From Chlorokybus atmophyticus (lineage: Eukaryota; Plantae; Mesostigma and Chlorokybus algae): a stretch of 64,000 bases of DNA. Positions 35,601 to 49,400 of this stretch are shown in pieces. Each line of letters starts with the position of its first letter. The stretch's first letter is position 1. A model generated the notes under the pieces. That model made no database searches and was not told where the DNA came from. It was given only the letters and a program-made list of their open reading frames with translations. The stretch lies in assembly GCA_009103225.1 (NCBI GenBank), contig RHPI01002119.1, forward strand, positions 248,001-312,000, read 5' to 3'. A program made the position numbers and the translations under genes.

Positions 35601-38000
35601 CTATCGCCTGGCTGAAACCCGTAGCTTGATACCTCCTTTGGGGGCCTGTACAAAGCCGCTCATCTCGGGCTTCACGCCAAACCCTGGCACGGGACTGAAT
35701 TGGAAGTTTTGCAGCAGCACTGCAAGTATGATGGAGCTCTCTGTGAGTGCAAAACGCTGGCCAGGGCAGTTCCTTGTGCCTCCACTGAAGGCGATGTTGC
35801 CATATGATGCGCGCGCCTCAGCCGTCGAGAAGCGCTCTGGCTTGAACTCATCAGCATCTGGGCCCCAGTTCTCCTTGGAACGCCCTATACACCAAATGGG
35901 AAGCCTGCAGCATCCACCACAACGTGTCAACAACGCACCGCAACATCAGCACTTGCGCAGCACCTGCTGTATCTGACCGCCTGCATTGCAACATACCATA
36001 GCTGGGTGCCTGGTGGTAATGTAACACCACCTATTGTTAGCGTCTTCACGGCTGTGCGTGTGGTAAGTGGAGCAGGGGGGAACAACCTGAGCGCTTCGAG
36101 GAAGATCTGCAGCACAAAGAAAGGGTGTATCACTGATACCAACAACCACAATTGCAAGGCATTGCTTCACTGACCGCTGGCGGCTGCATTGCTGTACCTG
36201 CCGAGTGTATGACAAGCGTGGTAAATCCTCGTACTTTGGTCGGGAGGACCCTAGCACCTCATCAACTTCCTTGTGAGCTCGAGCTTGTATGTGTGGGTTG
36301 GTCGCGAGCAGGTACAGGGTATAGGCTAGTCCTATGCTTGTCGTGTCATACCTACAGCAGCAGAGCATCTGTGTCATGCCAACACACAGCAACCGGCAAA
36401 ATTGAAAGCAGGCAGTAATGAGCACGTACCCACCGAACCACATAGTCATTATGTTGTCGCTAAGGATTGCATCCGTCAGCACGAAACCTTGCACGACGCC
36501 ATTCTCATCAATGTCTGGCTCGTCGGCTGCCAGTAACAACCTGAAAAGGTGTTGGCAGGAGCTCCACAGGCAGCACGCGTACATGGTATGTTGTATGCTA
36601 GTAGAAAGCATTTCACTACTTAGCACCTTGTTAAGAAGTCGTCATGCACTTCTTCTTTGCATGAGATGGCAGCGCGGCGCTTCTGAATCATCTGAGCAAT
36701 TGCAGATCGCACAACCTTCTTAGCCTGACATTGCAGCAACACTGTCAGGCGCAGCACGTCTAACCCTATAGAAAAAATGCAATCGTCACCTTTGCATGCT
36801 CCCAGTTGGCCTGTGTAGGTGGCCAGTAGTACCAATTGAGAGGATTCATAGCATCTGTGAAAGTCCTTTTGCTGACTTCACTCAGCAAGAATTCAAAACT
36901 GGTCACAATTGGGCTCAACGCTGCTCCCGCAGACATGCTCTTCACAGATTCAAAGTGATGACCAAAGGCTGTAATCCTACAGCAACTGGACATCAGGTGC
37001 TCATGTTGAACAAGGGTGAATAAAGCAGTACAGACGCGAAGCACCATACCCGATGATATCCATCGTCACATTCCGCAGGGCATTGTGAACTTCCAACTCT
37101 ACACTTGGTTCTCCTTCCACCTTCAAAACCTTTTGAAAATGCTGGACCAAGTCTAGGCTGCACGAGTAAATATCATCGGCCCACTTTGAAGTATCCGCTA
37201 CACCAAAGGCCCGCATCATCAACCTGGGAACCACCAAGCGAAAGATGCTATTGCTGCTGTCGGGCGTGCCAAGCAAAACTTGTAAGGCTTTTCCAAAATT
37301 ATGCTCCCCATATGAAACAGCGCAGGCCCCAATGAGGTGCAACACAGTGCAAGTGTATTTGAACCTGACCTTCTGACACCTTTCCAGTCGTCTCCAGTGA
37401 GCTGAGCCAACGAATGGGCACCCAAGAAAGCTATACCATGCCTCGCAAGGAAAGGGATTGGTTTTCGGTACGTGGAAGACTGCAGTACTTCCTTGACCTA
37501 AGCAGTGCAGCACTTGAGCTTCAACATGCCTGACTCGCAATGTACACTACATGCTACCAGCTGGCTTGCACGCAGAAGCATGCGGCATACCACACTGCTG
37601 CAATGCACCCACCTGTTCTGTTCTTTGCACAACCACCACTTGCGTCGCAGACAACCAGAGGCTAGACAGGCCGGTCTTTGGGTCTGCAATCTTGCAACTG
37701 TCCTCCAGGCCCTGCACCCAACAAGTCACATGACTACAACTAGAAACCACTGAAGATGACACATGACAAGCGTACATGCTCAGTAGCAGCCTTTTTCCGA
37801 GTCAGGCACTACAACAGCAAGTTACAGAAGTTTACCTTCAAGAAATCTGAGAAATACTGCATGTTGCCGGCGGGAAACTGTACAGGTCTGTGAAGCAACG
37901 GCAGCTTGCGGGAGACTGTTTGCCAGAATGACCAGTAAAAGGCACCCAGAGCCCCTACGACGGCGGCCAGGAGCACTCCCAACACCACTGCCGCCGCCAT
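35601..38000 (-). CDS. Cytochrome P450, multi-exon; family not assigned
   Basis: N-terminal anchor MAAAVVLGVLLAAVVGALGAFYW; I-helix MWFGGYDTTS; K-helix EALR; FKPERF; heme motif FSGGTRNCPGQRFA. Confidence 0.95.
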
Positions 38001-38103
38001 TGCAGGAGGGTGCCACCTGACAACAATTTCCCTCCCAAGTACTTGTAGAGCAAGGAGCAACTGTACTTTCGCAGTGTGGTCCAGTCTGTACATAAAGGCA
38101 AAT

Positions 38104-38468
38104 GATTTACCAAGCGAACAATCTGAACTGATGACGCCAGCTTCTATCAACGCCTGCCTTTCAACGCAACTGGGACCTTGCAAGCTTGCCTACAACAGGA
38201 AGACTACTGTGCTGCGAGATGTGTTTACTACCAAAGTGTCAATGTGGCTTAACCAAGCCAAGAACATGACACAGACACAGAGCGCACGAGGGCGATCTAC
38301 CAAGCAAACAATCTGAACCGAACAACAGCTGCTACCAAGGCCTTTCATCTCAACTGGGACTGCAACCTTTCCTCCACAACAGAAAGACTACGATGCTGAG
38401 AGATGAGTCTTCTATCAAATCAAGCCGGTTTGCCTTCACCAAGCCAAGAACATGACACAAACACAGAC
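38104..38468 (+). repeat. Degenerate tandem duplication, unit about 190 bp, between the P450 and SET genes
   Basis: ACCAAGC(G/A)AACAATCTGAAC ... CAACTGGGAC ... ACCAAGCCAAGAACATGACACA occurs twice, at about 38109 and 38299. Confidence 0.7.
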
Positions 38469-38691
38469 ATGCAATGGTGGTGCGCACAACCGATTGACCG
38501 CGTCCCAAACTTAAACACATCGTGTTAGGCTTACGGTCCCACTAGCTAAAACAGGCACTACTGACAGGGAGACCACGCCACACAACAAGTTGCAACCCCA
38601 TAATTCTGAGAAGCTGGGTCTGGCGTCACCATCCAGACGCAAGAGCACGAGCAGCAGGTGCAAGCAGTAACCGCTACTCACCAGGCCAAAG

Positions 38692-41600
38692 TTGGCGACC
38701 AGGCGGTTGCAAGCTGGCGAAGGAAGCCAAATCCTCGTAAGACGTCACGCTGAGATCACCAATGACGACCAGCCTAATGACGCTGTTGCTCCCACCACCG
38801 CTCCCGCCGCCTCGCCCAGCAAGGAGGCAGGCAGGCAGGCAGGAACAGCTTCCCCACCACTCCGGAAACCACCCAGGAAAAGATTTCCCAGGTCTTACTG
38901 TGGCAGTGGCACCTATGAAAAATATCCCAGTAACTGCAGTTCGTCCAGCTTGTAAGTCACACCGGGTGACTCACATGCCTATCGCAAACACTTGTGCCGT
39001 ACGAGATGTACGGTACAAGTCCGGGTTTCAATTACGCCTACTCGGTGTGCTTCAATTACGTGTCTCGCCTCAACCCTAACAGGCGGACACATGCAGGCAA
39101 GTGGCCAACCACCGGCGCAAGCATGAGGGCGACGATGAGGCGGCGGAGGCGGAGGTGGTGGCCTTGTGTGCGCGGTTGACTGCATTGTTAAGCTTTGTTG
39201 ATAGTTGCAATTTCTGTGGTGTGGCATTGAGCCTGTCATGGCCATGGGCGCTGTCGCCGTGGACGATGCCAGTGGCGGGAAGGGTGCGCAGTCAGCGGGA
39301 GGCGTGTTGGACGGCACCGCCGTCGCGAACAAGCTTGACGACACCAACTTCAGGGACATAGCTGAGGTTGCCAGAGCGCAGGATGATCACGCAGGAGAGG
39401 AACAGCTCGTTCCTCCCAAGCGGATGGTCATACCCAGGTTGAAGAAGTATGCTAGCAAGGACGAGGACAAGAAGAAGCAAGCTACAGCCAAGAACTTACA
39501 GACTTGGGTGCAATGCGACAACCCTGAATGCAGCAAGTGGAGGCGGGTTTCTGTAGAGATAGCCAAGCGGTGCGTGAACTGTCGTTGCATGCAATGGTGC
39601 AAGCTTGTTGCAGTATGCTTGGTCGGTTCTGATAGAAGCGAAATGGTGGAGTACATTAGGAAGCAGGGTGCAAGCGGGTGTTGACAACATACGCAATGAA
39701 TCTAAGGTGATTGAATAAACCACTGAAGTGCATGCGCAGGGTGCTGGTAACTATAGCAGTAAATAGCAATTGACGTGCACAATTTCCCTGCTTGCACCAT
39801 GCAGTGTAATTGCACTGGACCGCAGCATGCACAGAAGCTGTGGCTAGCTTGCAGTGCCTGGCATGTATGCGACTGCATTGACACATGGACAGAATAGTGG
39901 GGAGGTTTGTATGCCTTGCCCAGCAGGAGCAATCACTCGCGTTTCACCATATGGTTGTATTGCATCTCTAACGCAATGTGCAGGATAGAAGATGACACCA
40001 GGTGGCAATGCAAGGACAATCCAGACAAAGCGTTTGCGAGTTGCAGCGCTCCCCAACAGCTCACGGACGCTGAGATCAATGACCAGTTGGGAATCAGCAG
40101 CACTTCAGAATCTGACATTGGTTCAGACTCTGGTGAGCAAGACCTTGTACTGCAATTGCCTCTCTACTGCTTGTATGCACAGTCAGCGCGCACATGTATG
40201 CTGACCAGGTGTGACGATGCAGAAGAAGAAGCCTCGAAGCCGGTTGTGTGGCACGCCGTTACACAGAACCTCTTCATGCATCGACAGCGGAAAAAGCTGA
40301 CAAGGGACGAGGTGACCATTCCCTTGCTTGACACATTTGTCATTTTCATCTTGTTGTACACACGCTGCCACACTCTATTCAGGGACTGACCCGTTGTGGT
40401 CTATGAGCAGATATATGTCTGCCAATGCAGACCCCCTGCAAATGGAGGTCCAGGCTGCACCGAGGCTTGTATGAATCGACAGCTGTACATAGAATGCATA
40501 CCAGGACACTGTCCCTGTGGCAGCCAATGCACCAATCAGCAGGTGTGTTGTCTGTGATCTGAAAGCGCTGCCCAATCGCGGAAATAAACATTGCGGTTGG
40601 CAGTTTCAACGACGGACATATGCAAATGTGGATAAAGGGCGTTGCGGGGCCAAAGGGTTTGGTGTTATCGCTCAAGACGTTATTAGGCGTGGTTCATTCA
40701 TTCTTGAGTATTGTGGCGAGGTACAGATGTACACAGTTGTACACAGCCGGCTGGAAGGTGTGGCCTCACCTGATTGGCTTGCAGGTCATAAATGAAGCAT
40801 TATTCAAAGAGCGCACTACGGAGTATGCTGAACGGGGTATCCGCCATCATTACTTCATGACACTTGGTACCAATGAGGTACTGTGTTATCCATCAACAAC
40901 ACGCGGGAACTCAATTCAGGCTCATTTACATGTGGTACTGATTTGGTATGGTATATATTGTAGGTCATTGATGCCACCATGAAGGCAAACATTGCTCGCT
41001 TCATGAATCACAGCTGTGACCCAAACTGTGAGACGCAGAAGGTGATGCGTGGTTGTTTGGCAATTGCTGCGTTGTTACAAAACTGTGTGCAGCATGTTTG
41101 GGTAGTAGCCTGCATCTCACACTTACAAACATGACGGATCGCAGTGGGAAGTGTGCGGCGAGTTGTCAGTAGGATTCTTTGCCATCAAGAACATAAAAAA
41201 GGTACGCACTCGTGCGCAAGGCTCAAGGTAACACATGTAGCCACATTTCTTGATGCGCCCATGGCCTTCAGGGAGAGGAGCTGACATTTGACTACAAGTT
41301 TGAGCGATGCGGGTTTAGCGCACAAGTGTGTCACTGCGGTGCAGCTAACTGCCGGGGAATGATCGGAGTTGCAAATGTCAGTGACACAGCAACCATTGAC
41401 CTTGCGGACTATGATTTCTCGCAAGACCCAGAGCCTATCATGCTGACGGATGGGTCCGATGCCAATGACAAGGTTCGCGAACTTGTGAGACACACAAGCA
41501 AGAGGAGGGGACGGCGTGATGATGGAAGCAACCAACCTGCAGTCACGCGCCCAACTCTGGCAGTCCGGCGTGTGGGAGTGTTTGGAAATCAGCGTTATAG

Positions 41601-43453
41601 CAGTGAAGTGGAGCGCCAGCTTGATGACCTGTTAGCAGGCCGGAACGGAGTATGCAACAAGGTGTGTGCGGCATTTTGTGACATGAACAAGTTAAGGAGT
41701 GTCATATGAGTTTCAATCCTGATGCATTGCAGGAGGAGATGATCGCTGTGCTTCGACTGTTCAAGCTAGCTATGGCTGATAGCATCGACACCGATGGCAC
41801 CCGAGTTTTCAGTGCTCGTGACCTCTCATTGCTGCTGGATGCGATAATGAAGTGCAACAGCTATAACGCGCGCAAGTACTTCATTGACAAGAACGGTGTT
41901 GCTGTGCTGCAAACCGTCACGCAGAAGCTTGCACACTCCTACAAGAAGACCACAAAGCCTGTTCTCCGGAAGATCTTTCAGGTCCTTTTGCACAGACACT
42001 CATTTTAAGACAGGTTGTGTTGCTGTAGTACTCATGTGCGCGATGATGTTGGCAGGTCCTAGATCATGTAGCAGTGACAAAGGAAGACTTGCAGCAAGTT
42101 CACACAGGTTCCGGGTCATTTGCCACCACGCTGAATGATTTGCTGGAGTATCCTGAGCCCGTGGTGAAGACCAAGGCAGAGCATTACCTGGTAAACGTGA
42201 TGGAGGTTGCACCACAGCCTACGCTGAGAAGCGGCATGAATGGCACCAACACAACAAGTGATCGCAGCGACAGGCAGCATGCAGCACAACCAAGTGGCAG
42301 AACGTGGTCGCCCAAGCGGCCTGAACATGCCAATGCAAACGGCTCGCCATGGACTGCAAGAGGTTGGTCTCCGCAAGTCTGCGGAAGGTCATCCAGGCAC
42401 TCATCGGACTCACCACCGCCGCGCACGACGCAGCGAAGTTCGAGCTCCTCACCACGTCGCAGTTCTCCTAGTCGTGACATGCAGCCAGTGCGCAAGCGGA
42501 TGACTGGTTGGGATGTTCTGCCATCAGACAGTCTGGCTGGTAGAGCAGTTGCCTCTGCTGCAGCCACACCATCAGGTCATCGATTTGCACCAACTTCAGC
42601 TGCGGATGCATCAGCTTCCACCAGCAGCCCGTCAGATGCTTTTGCTGTTAGGAGACAAAGCCGATGGGACCGCACTGGTCCACACGGGTTTCACGCCAAT
42701 CCGCAGCATTCAGGCATGCAGCCTTTCATCAACAGCGTGCATGCACGCATGCTCGCTCCAGCAACTTCCCATCAAGTCAGTCAACAGCCCGCACCTTCAT
42801 GGCATTTGCCGCCTCCTTCAAACTCGCCTCCGCCAATGCCAAGCAGCAGCTCCCCTCCTCCCGTGCCACCAAGTTCTCCAAAGGCAAACTTGGATGCACA
42901 ACTGCTGGCACTGCCACCAGAAGCTCTTAACCACCTGCAAACTATGAGACTAACCGAGCCCTCGCCACTTGGTGTTAACAGCCAAGTCGCGATCCCTTCC
43001 GCTCAGCCGGAAGGCCATGATGTAGATATGGAGATATCAACGCCACCACCATTCTCAGCAGCTGCTTGTGAACCCTCTAGCATACCTGATAGTCAACCCG
43101 TCCATCGCACATCCTCTGCACATGCGCCACACACAGCAAGCAACGGCCCCTCCAACTCAGATGCAAGCCATGAAGCCAGCAGTTGGTCTGATCCTTACGC
43201 GCCAGAATTCCGACAATCTGTCGTGCAAATTGTCAAGCTCGCCGTCAAGAAGCACAGGCACAAAGAGCGGCATAAACACCTTGACAGGAAAGAAACGCAG
43301 AAGCTCGTGCATCACATTGCGCAGGGAGTGGTTGCCAAGGAGAAGGCGCGATACACTCAAACAACAGTGGCCGGCAACATCAAGCCAATACTGCGTGAGC
43401 GGCTGGCACCTAAGGTGGATACATACGTTCAAGAGTACTTGCAACGGCATTGA
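38692..43453 (+). CDS. ASHH2: ASHH2/SDG8 (Set2-class) histone H3K36 methyltransferase: CW zinc finger + AWS-SET-postSET + helical domain + SRI-like C-terminus; start uncertain
   Basis: CW: [16 protein letters not shown]...[13 protein letters not shown]: [31 protein letters not shown]: [43 protein letters not shown]. postSET: [13 protein letters not shown]. Confidence 0.88.
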
Positions 43454-44063
43454 TTGATTGCATAGTGTACATAGTCTCTAGACACAGCCTGTGTAGCGTG
43501 CAGTGCGAAGAGTGCACAGCGGCATATTCTGTGCCAGTGCATTGCAAAGAGTGGCAACTGCCCGCTTTGCTTGCAACGTCTGTGGCCATGTTTTGTTGTT
43601 CGATTGCAAAATGCACAGAAAGGCAACTGCTGCATTCCACAGCTTCCGAGGTGTCAGCCAGGGATACTATATCCGTAGGTTGGGGCCCTTTGCTCCGCAC
43701 CATCTTTGTGTCACTGTTGAGAGGTGAACACAAAAGCATGACTCCACTGCAGCATGTGTTGCAGGAAGTTGTTGCCTGCTGGACAGGATGTTCTTTCTCG
43801 CATCAGTCAAGTATATGAGGAATGCAATGCAGTAATGTATGCAAGTGGTGGCACAGGTCAGCTAGCCACACTTATTGAAACATCCACTCCGTCCAAAACA
43901 CATGCGTGTCCACTTCAACTTAGCTTCCTGTTCTGTAGAATCCATGCCCATACAGCCACACTGTGCAGCATGAACACACTTGATTGTATCACTGCTAACA
44001 GTTGGTACACCAGTACAGATGGTATATACAGGCTAGTTTAGCGACTCCACTCTGAGCTACGTG

Positions 44064-46216
44064 CTAGAAATCATCGTCATCTGAACTATCCGACTCGCTG
44101 CTACTCCCCGAGCTCCCGCTCCCGCTGCTGCTGCTTCCGCTGGTATACGAGCTGCTTCCGCTTGAGCTGGAGGACTCATTTCCGCCTGCAAGCTCCTCTC
44201 GCCGCCCTTTATTATTCGTGGCCCCTGCACCGTTGGTATGCTCCATGCGCAGCCGTGCCGCGAGGTTGTCGTCCTCGCCCGCGTCGAGGATGTCCACGTC
44301 CTCCTCCTCGATCTCCTCCACCACAACCTCCTCCTCCTCCGTGGCGTCCTGAAGGGCGTTGTTCTGGTCATGCTTGTCCTTATGTTGGTCGCTGTCATCG
44401 TCATCATCCTCGCTGTCATCCCCAAAAAGGTCCCTCATCTTCACGTCCTCGTGCACAGGTGCGGCAGGCTTCTTCTTCTTGTTGCTGTGGTTGTTATTAC
44501 CATTGTTGCTGCTGTTGTTTCGCGCGGATGCCACAGGCGGTGGCCTCTTGCCACTCGTGCTCGGGACAGCAGTGTTGGTGTTGTTACCCGAGCGCGCAGC
44601 ATTGCCACTGTTGGGTTTCTTCTTTCCGCCAGATTGTTGCTGCTGTTGTTGCTGTACTTGTTGTTGCTCGGGTGTGGCAATTGGCTGCGGTGTTGTGGCC
44701 GGCGACTTCGCTTGCGAATCCTCCTGCGCGGCTGCCGCACCCGCAGCCGATTCAACATCTCGCCTTGTTGCTTGCGGTTCAGCCACACGCACGTGGCGAA
44801 GCCCCTTCACCGCGTCCGTCAAACGTTCCAAACGCAGGGTTTCGCCGTCGAAGATCAACACGCAGTCGAGGTCCCTGTACGCCTCATGGTAGCCCTGTAC
44901 GACGTCGCGAAAGAATGTTCAGCAAAAGTGCAATGCAATGTTGTGTGAAGCATCATGGCGGTATGCGAGTGCCATGTGTGAGCAATACACTACTGTGAGC
45001 TTTCTAGATCACCGTGCAACTGTGGATGAAGTCTATCTCAAACGTACCGATATACGCTCTCGTAAGCTGGTGTTTGTAAGCTCGCATGCAGCTGATGTGT
45101 GCGGAAGGGCTGAGATTGCACACAGAACTGTGCTCGCCAACATAACCACATCGACAACCATAAACAACACCACCAGTACTGCATAGGTGCATGCGTGCGT
45201 GCGTGTATTTGCATGTGTGGGTTTGACCGCACGCACACGCACACGCTAATGCTCGCACGCTTACATGCCACTCACCTGGAATGTGACACGCGGTTTCTCA
45301 GGCTCCTTGTTACAGAACTCCACCGCCACCTTGCTTTGCTGATCCGATGTGGTCCCCTTTTCTCCCCCCTCATTGCCGCCATTCCCTTTCTCCGCCCCGT
45401 CCGATGCTTTGCGTCGCAGCGTCCCGGGCTTCGCGCCATTGGCCGATGCGGGCTTGAAATCATCTGCGTGGGGAAGGCAAGTGCGTGTGGGTGCATATGA
45501 GTTGGGGTGTTGTGCTTATGAAGATTGCAGCTTGGTTGAAGCTTAGGATAGGGTTCTTGGGGTTTGGCGATTGCGTGTGCGCGTGTGCGCATGCGCGTGT
45601 GCTTGTGTGCATGTGTGCGTGCGCAGATGTATGCATACGTGTGAGCATGTGCAATGGCTCGTGTGTGCGCGTGTGTGAGCATGCGTGCATGTGCGTGCAT
45701 GTCCGTGTGCGCATGTGTCCGACAAGTAATGTTAGTATCTAGGGAACTTGCGAGCATTTTTGCAAGTACACGTTCAGGCGATCTGAGAACACATGCCATC
45801 ACTTCAATCAGAGCAGGAAAGCTGACGAAAATTCCTTGTACCAGGACATTCATAGATAAATAATGTCTCCAGTATACCACACGAACAATTGTGTCAAAGT
45901 CAGCAAACTGTACAGCCCTTGGAGAAAACTACTCTCAAACTCCAAACAATGCTGACTCATAATGATGCAAACCTGAATCAATCTTGCATTGGGTTTGTTA
46001 TACGGACAGAAGACAGACTCAACAGCTGACAATTAGGGTTTGATGCTCCACATATAGAGCACTGCTCCAAACACCAACTGCGCAAGACCCATCCATGATC
46101 TGCTTACATCTCAGCGTGAACAGCCTCGCGCTGGACGTCCCGCCGAACGTCTCACCCAGCGTCACCGGGTACTCCACGCCGGGCCTCGGAGGAGGCGCCG
46201 TCGCCGCCGCCATCAT
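44064..46216 (-). CDS. EAF: ELL-associated factor (EAF1/2-like), 3 exons
   Basis: EYPVTLGETF..LFTLR|YDFKPAS..VAVEF..|..DCVLIFDGETLRLERL, followed by an acidic, Ser-rich tail. Confidence 0.85.
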
Positions 46217-46486
46217 GACGTCGCTGCGCACGTCCGTCGACGCCTTGCGCACGTCGTCGGCGTAGTTCACCGCGTGAAGCCAATACGTCGACGGTCGGTT
46301 CATAAATTGCCGTCACGTGAGGAGATGAAATAGTACTAACGTTAGGTGCAAGGGTGGTTGTTGCTGGGCGGCGGCGTTGCTGCAGGTGTGGGCGGTGTCG
46401 CTGATGTCGGGGAAGGCGTAATTCGTCAACTTATACAAGGATGGTCCCGTGAACTGGAGCAGCTGTCACGCGTTCGCTCCTTAAAC

Positions 46487-49400
46487 ATGGTGAGGCTGGT
46501 CAACAAACTTGTGTGTTGCCGCTTGTGCAATGAAATGCTCAGAAATTGGGTGGCTTCAGACACATTGGGTTATATAGTACAAACGATTTTGATCCTGCAT
46601 TGGTATAATTTTAATATGTTCACACGACCAGTCGTCCTTCCCGCTTATTGTTTGTGGTGCAACCCATTCGCATTGTCTGCACTGCACTCTGGATGCATGC
46701 ACACTCTTACCCAAAACCGGTTGAGAAAGCTCTCTTGTTTGGTTCTCTCTGCACTGATCATTTATGAATGCAATGCAGTGCTTATCACTCAACTCACATC
46801 CACCAGTAAGTAATGACTCTCATCACCTAGCTGGTTCCATCCCCCCCTCGTGCCTACAACCATACTCAACTTCCACCCCACCACTCTGTCCAATTACACT
46901 CAACATCATCCTGACCATTCTGATCATTTTCATTATCACTCCACGCAGAAGCGCCTCTTCTCCGTATCGGCAGATGAGCTCGGCCGCGGTCCATCCACCT
47001 TCGCATGGAGCCCAAAAGGAAACCTACTTGCATGCGCAGGATCCAAGGCAAGAAGAACCACATTCTCAACACCACCACCGCAACAACAACAACAAGGTCA
47101 TCATCAAACTTTTTGTCCTTTGTGTAGAGGCAGGTGTTGATCTACGACCGCAGCGGGCGTCTGTTCGAGAAGATACCCATCCCTCAGGACGCGGTTGGGG
47201 ATGGCACGGGTGGCGCGGGCACGGGCGCGGGAGGGGTGGACGGGTGCGTGGTGGCGTTGGACTGGGACGGGGCGGGGGAGAGACTGGCGATAATGGTGGT
47301 GGGAAGCTCCGTTGTGGTGATATACTCCACGAGCGCGAAGCAGACAACGAGGCTGGATACCAACATGAAGGTGCGGGCATGTTGCGGCGCGCTTGGTGCT
47401 TCATTAGTACACAGTAACTGAGTTGTTGATCGTACTGAGTCAAGCACTCACCGGAACACGCACGCGGACGTGCTTATACACGCATGCCCGTACGCATGCA
47501 CACGCTCGCGCACGCATAAACACAAGTGCGCGCAGGACGCGTGCTTCATCTCATGGTGTCGAACAGCCCCCCTCCTCGCCGTCGCCACCGCCAAGGGCAA
47601 CCTCCTCCTCTACAACCACACCCTAAGCAAGAAGGTACCACATCATGTTGTCAACCTCTCTCCCGCTTACCCACACTCACACACTTTGTCCTTAGATCCC
47701 CATCGTTGGCAAACACACCCGACGCATCACCTGCGGCGCATGGACCACAACGACCGCCACCAACAACAACAATAGTAGTGTGCCGGTTTTGGCGTTGGGC
47801 GGGGAGGACCGATCCGTCTCGCTGTCGGGGCCCGATGGCGAAGGCATCGAGGGGGCGAGCACGGCGGTTCTAAGAGCCGAAGCGGTCGAACTCGCGTGGG
47901 GACCAAACAACGGAAAGAATGTGAGTGGATGTGTTGGGATGATGGTGTGGGCGTGGGTTTGGGCTTGGGGTTGAGTGTGAGTGTGGGTGTGGGTGTGGGT
48001 GTGGCTTTGTGTGGGTGTGGGTCATGTTGGGGTGTTGACACAATACCCCGACACGTGCGACACAACTTGGACACATACCCACATATCCACATACCCACAT
48101 ACCAAGCTGTATCAGGAGTGCGGATTATCTGTCAACGTGGGGAGGAGACTCCTTCAAGTATGGCGCAACGGTCTTCGCATCAACGCCAACGACGACAGCA
48201 ACCAGGCTATGGAAGTGACCTTCCCCGAGCGGTACGGCCCCATCGTGGCGCACAAGTGGGTGGGCGAGGGTCTCATCGCCGCGGGGCTGGGGGCCGGATG
48301 GATCGCGGTCGTGGATGTGAGGGGGGATAAGCCGGCACACGTGTACGCCAACCAGTGCCACAGGGTGAGTGTGACTTTCACAGTGTTTGAACCGCATGCG
48401 TGTGGACACATAAGCGTACACCTACGCATACGTACACGTGCTAACAGGCGTGTGTCGCACTCTTGTGCCAGCATATCCTTACATGCACGTGTAAGCATGT
48501 AAGGATGTGTGTGCGTGACCATGCACACGAATGTCTGCCTTTGCCGCACTCTCCCGACAGCAAACCCTCATTCAACCTATGCGCCTTTGTCAATGTGCAT
48601 GCGTTCGTGCGCGTCACATGCACATACGTATGTACCTGTGAGTAAGTGACATGTTCGCATGGGCACATACACATGTGTATATGTGTATGCTCCGACGCAC
48701 GCACGCACGCACGCACGCACACGCCTGTGTGCCTGCGCAACACCCCCACGCTACTCCCGCAGGACGTCTTGACCGGTCTGGCGGTGTGCGCGTCCGGCGG
48801 CAGCAAGGTGGCCACGTGCGGCAGCGGCGGCGTGCGCGTGACGGAGGTGGGCACGCGCGAGTGCGGGGAGAGCAAGGGGGATGCTGTGGAGATGGACGCG
48901 GGGGCGAGGAGCCAGAAAGTGGAGTGGACGCCCGACGGACAGGTGGGTGGGAAGAGGGGTGTGGGTGGGTGGGTGGGTGGGTGTACAAGCGCCCATGTGC
49001 CTACGCAAACCCATGCATGAGAGCGTGCATGTGCTCATGCATGCATGTGTGCAAGCTCATGGATACACACATGTCAACACACACGTGCACGCATTCATAC
49101 AATTGTCCATCCGCATGTCCCTGTGCATGTGCTCATGCCAGAGCCGCATGCGTGTGTGTGCATGCATGCGCAGGTGTTGACGGTGAGCACGGCCGACGGC
49201 GAGTGCATCTCCTACCTCGCGTCTCTCCCCGCCCTCGCCGCCGCTTACGACACCTCCGTCGCGTGCATGACGTCCCTCATGGAGCTCACCGTCATCGACA
49301 CCCTCGGCAACGTACGCACATAGTGACACAACAACTACTCACACACCTGCTCGCACACCACTCACTCACCCATCGTTCAGGTGGGGCCGCTCAAGATTGA

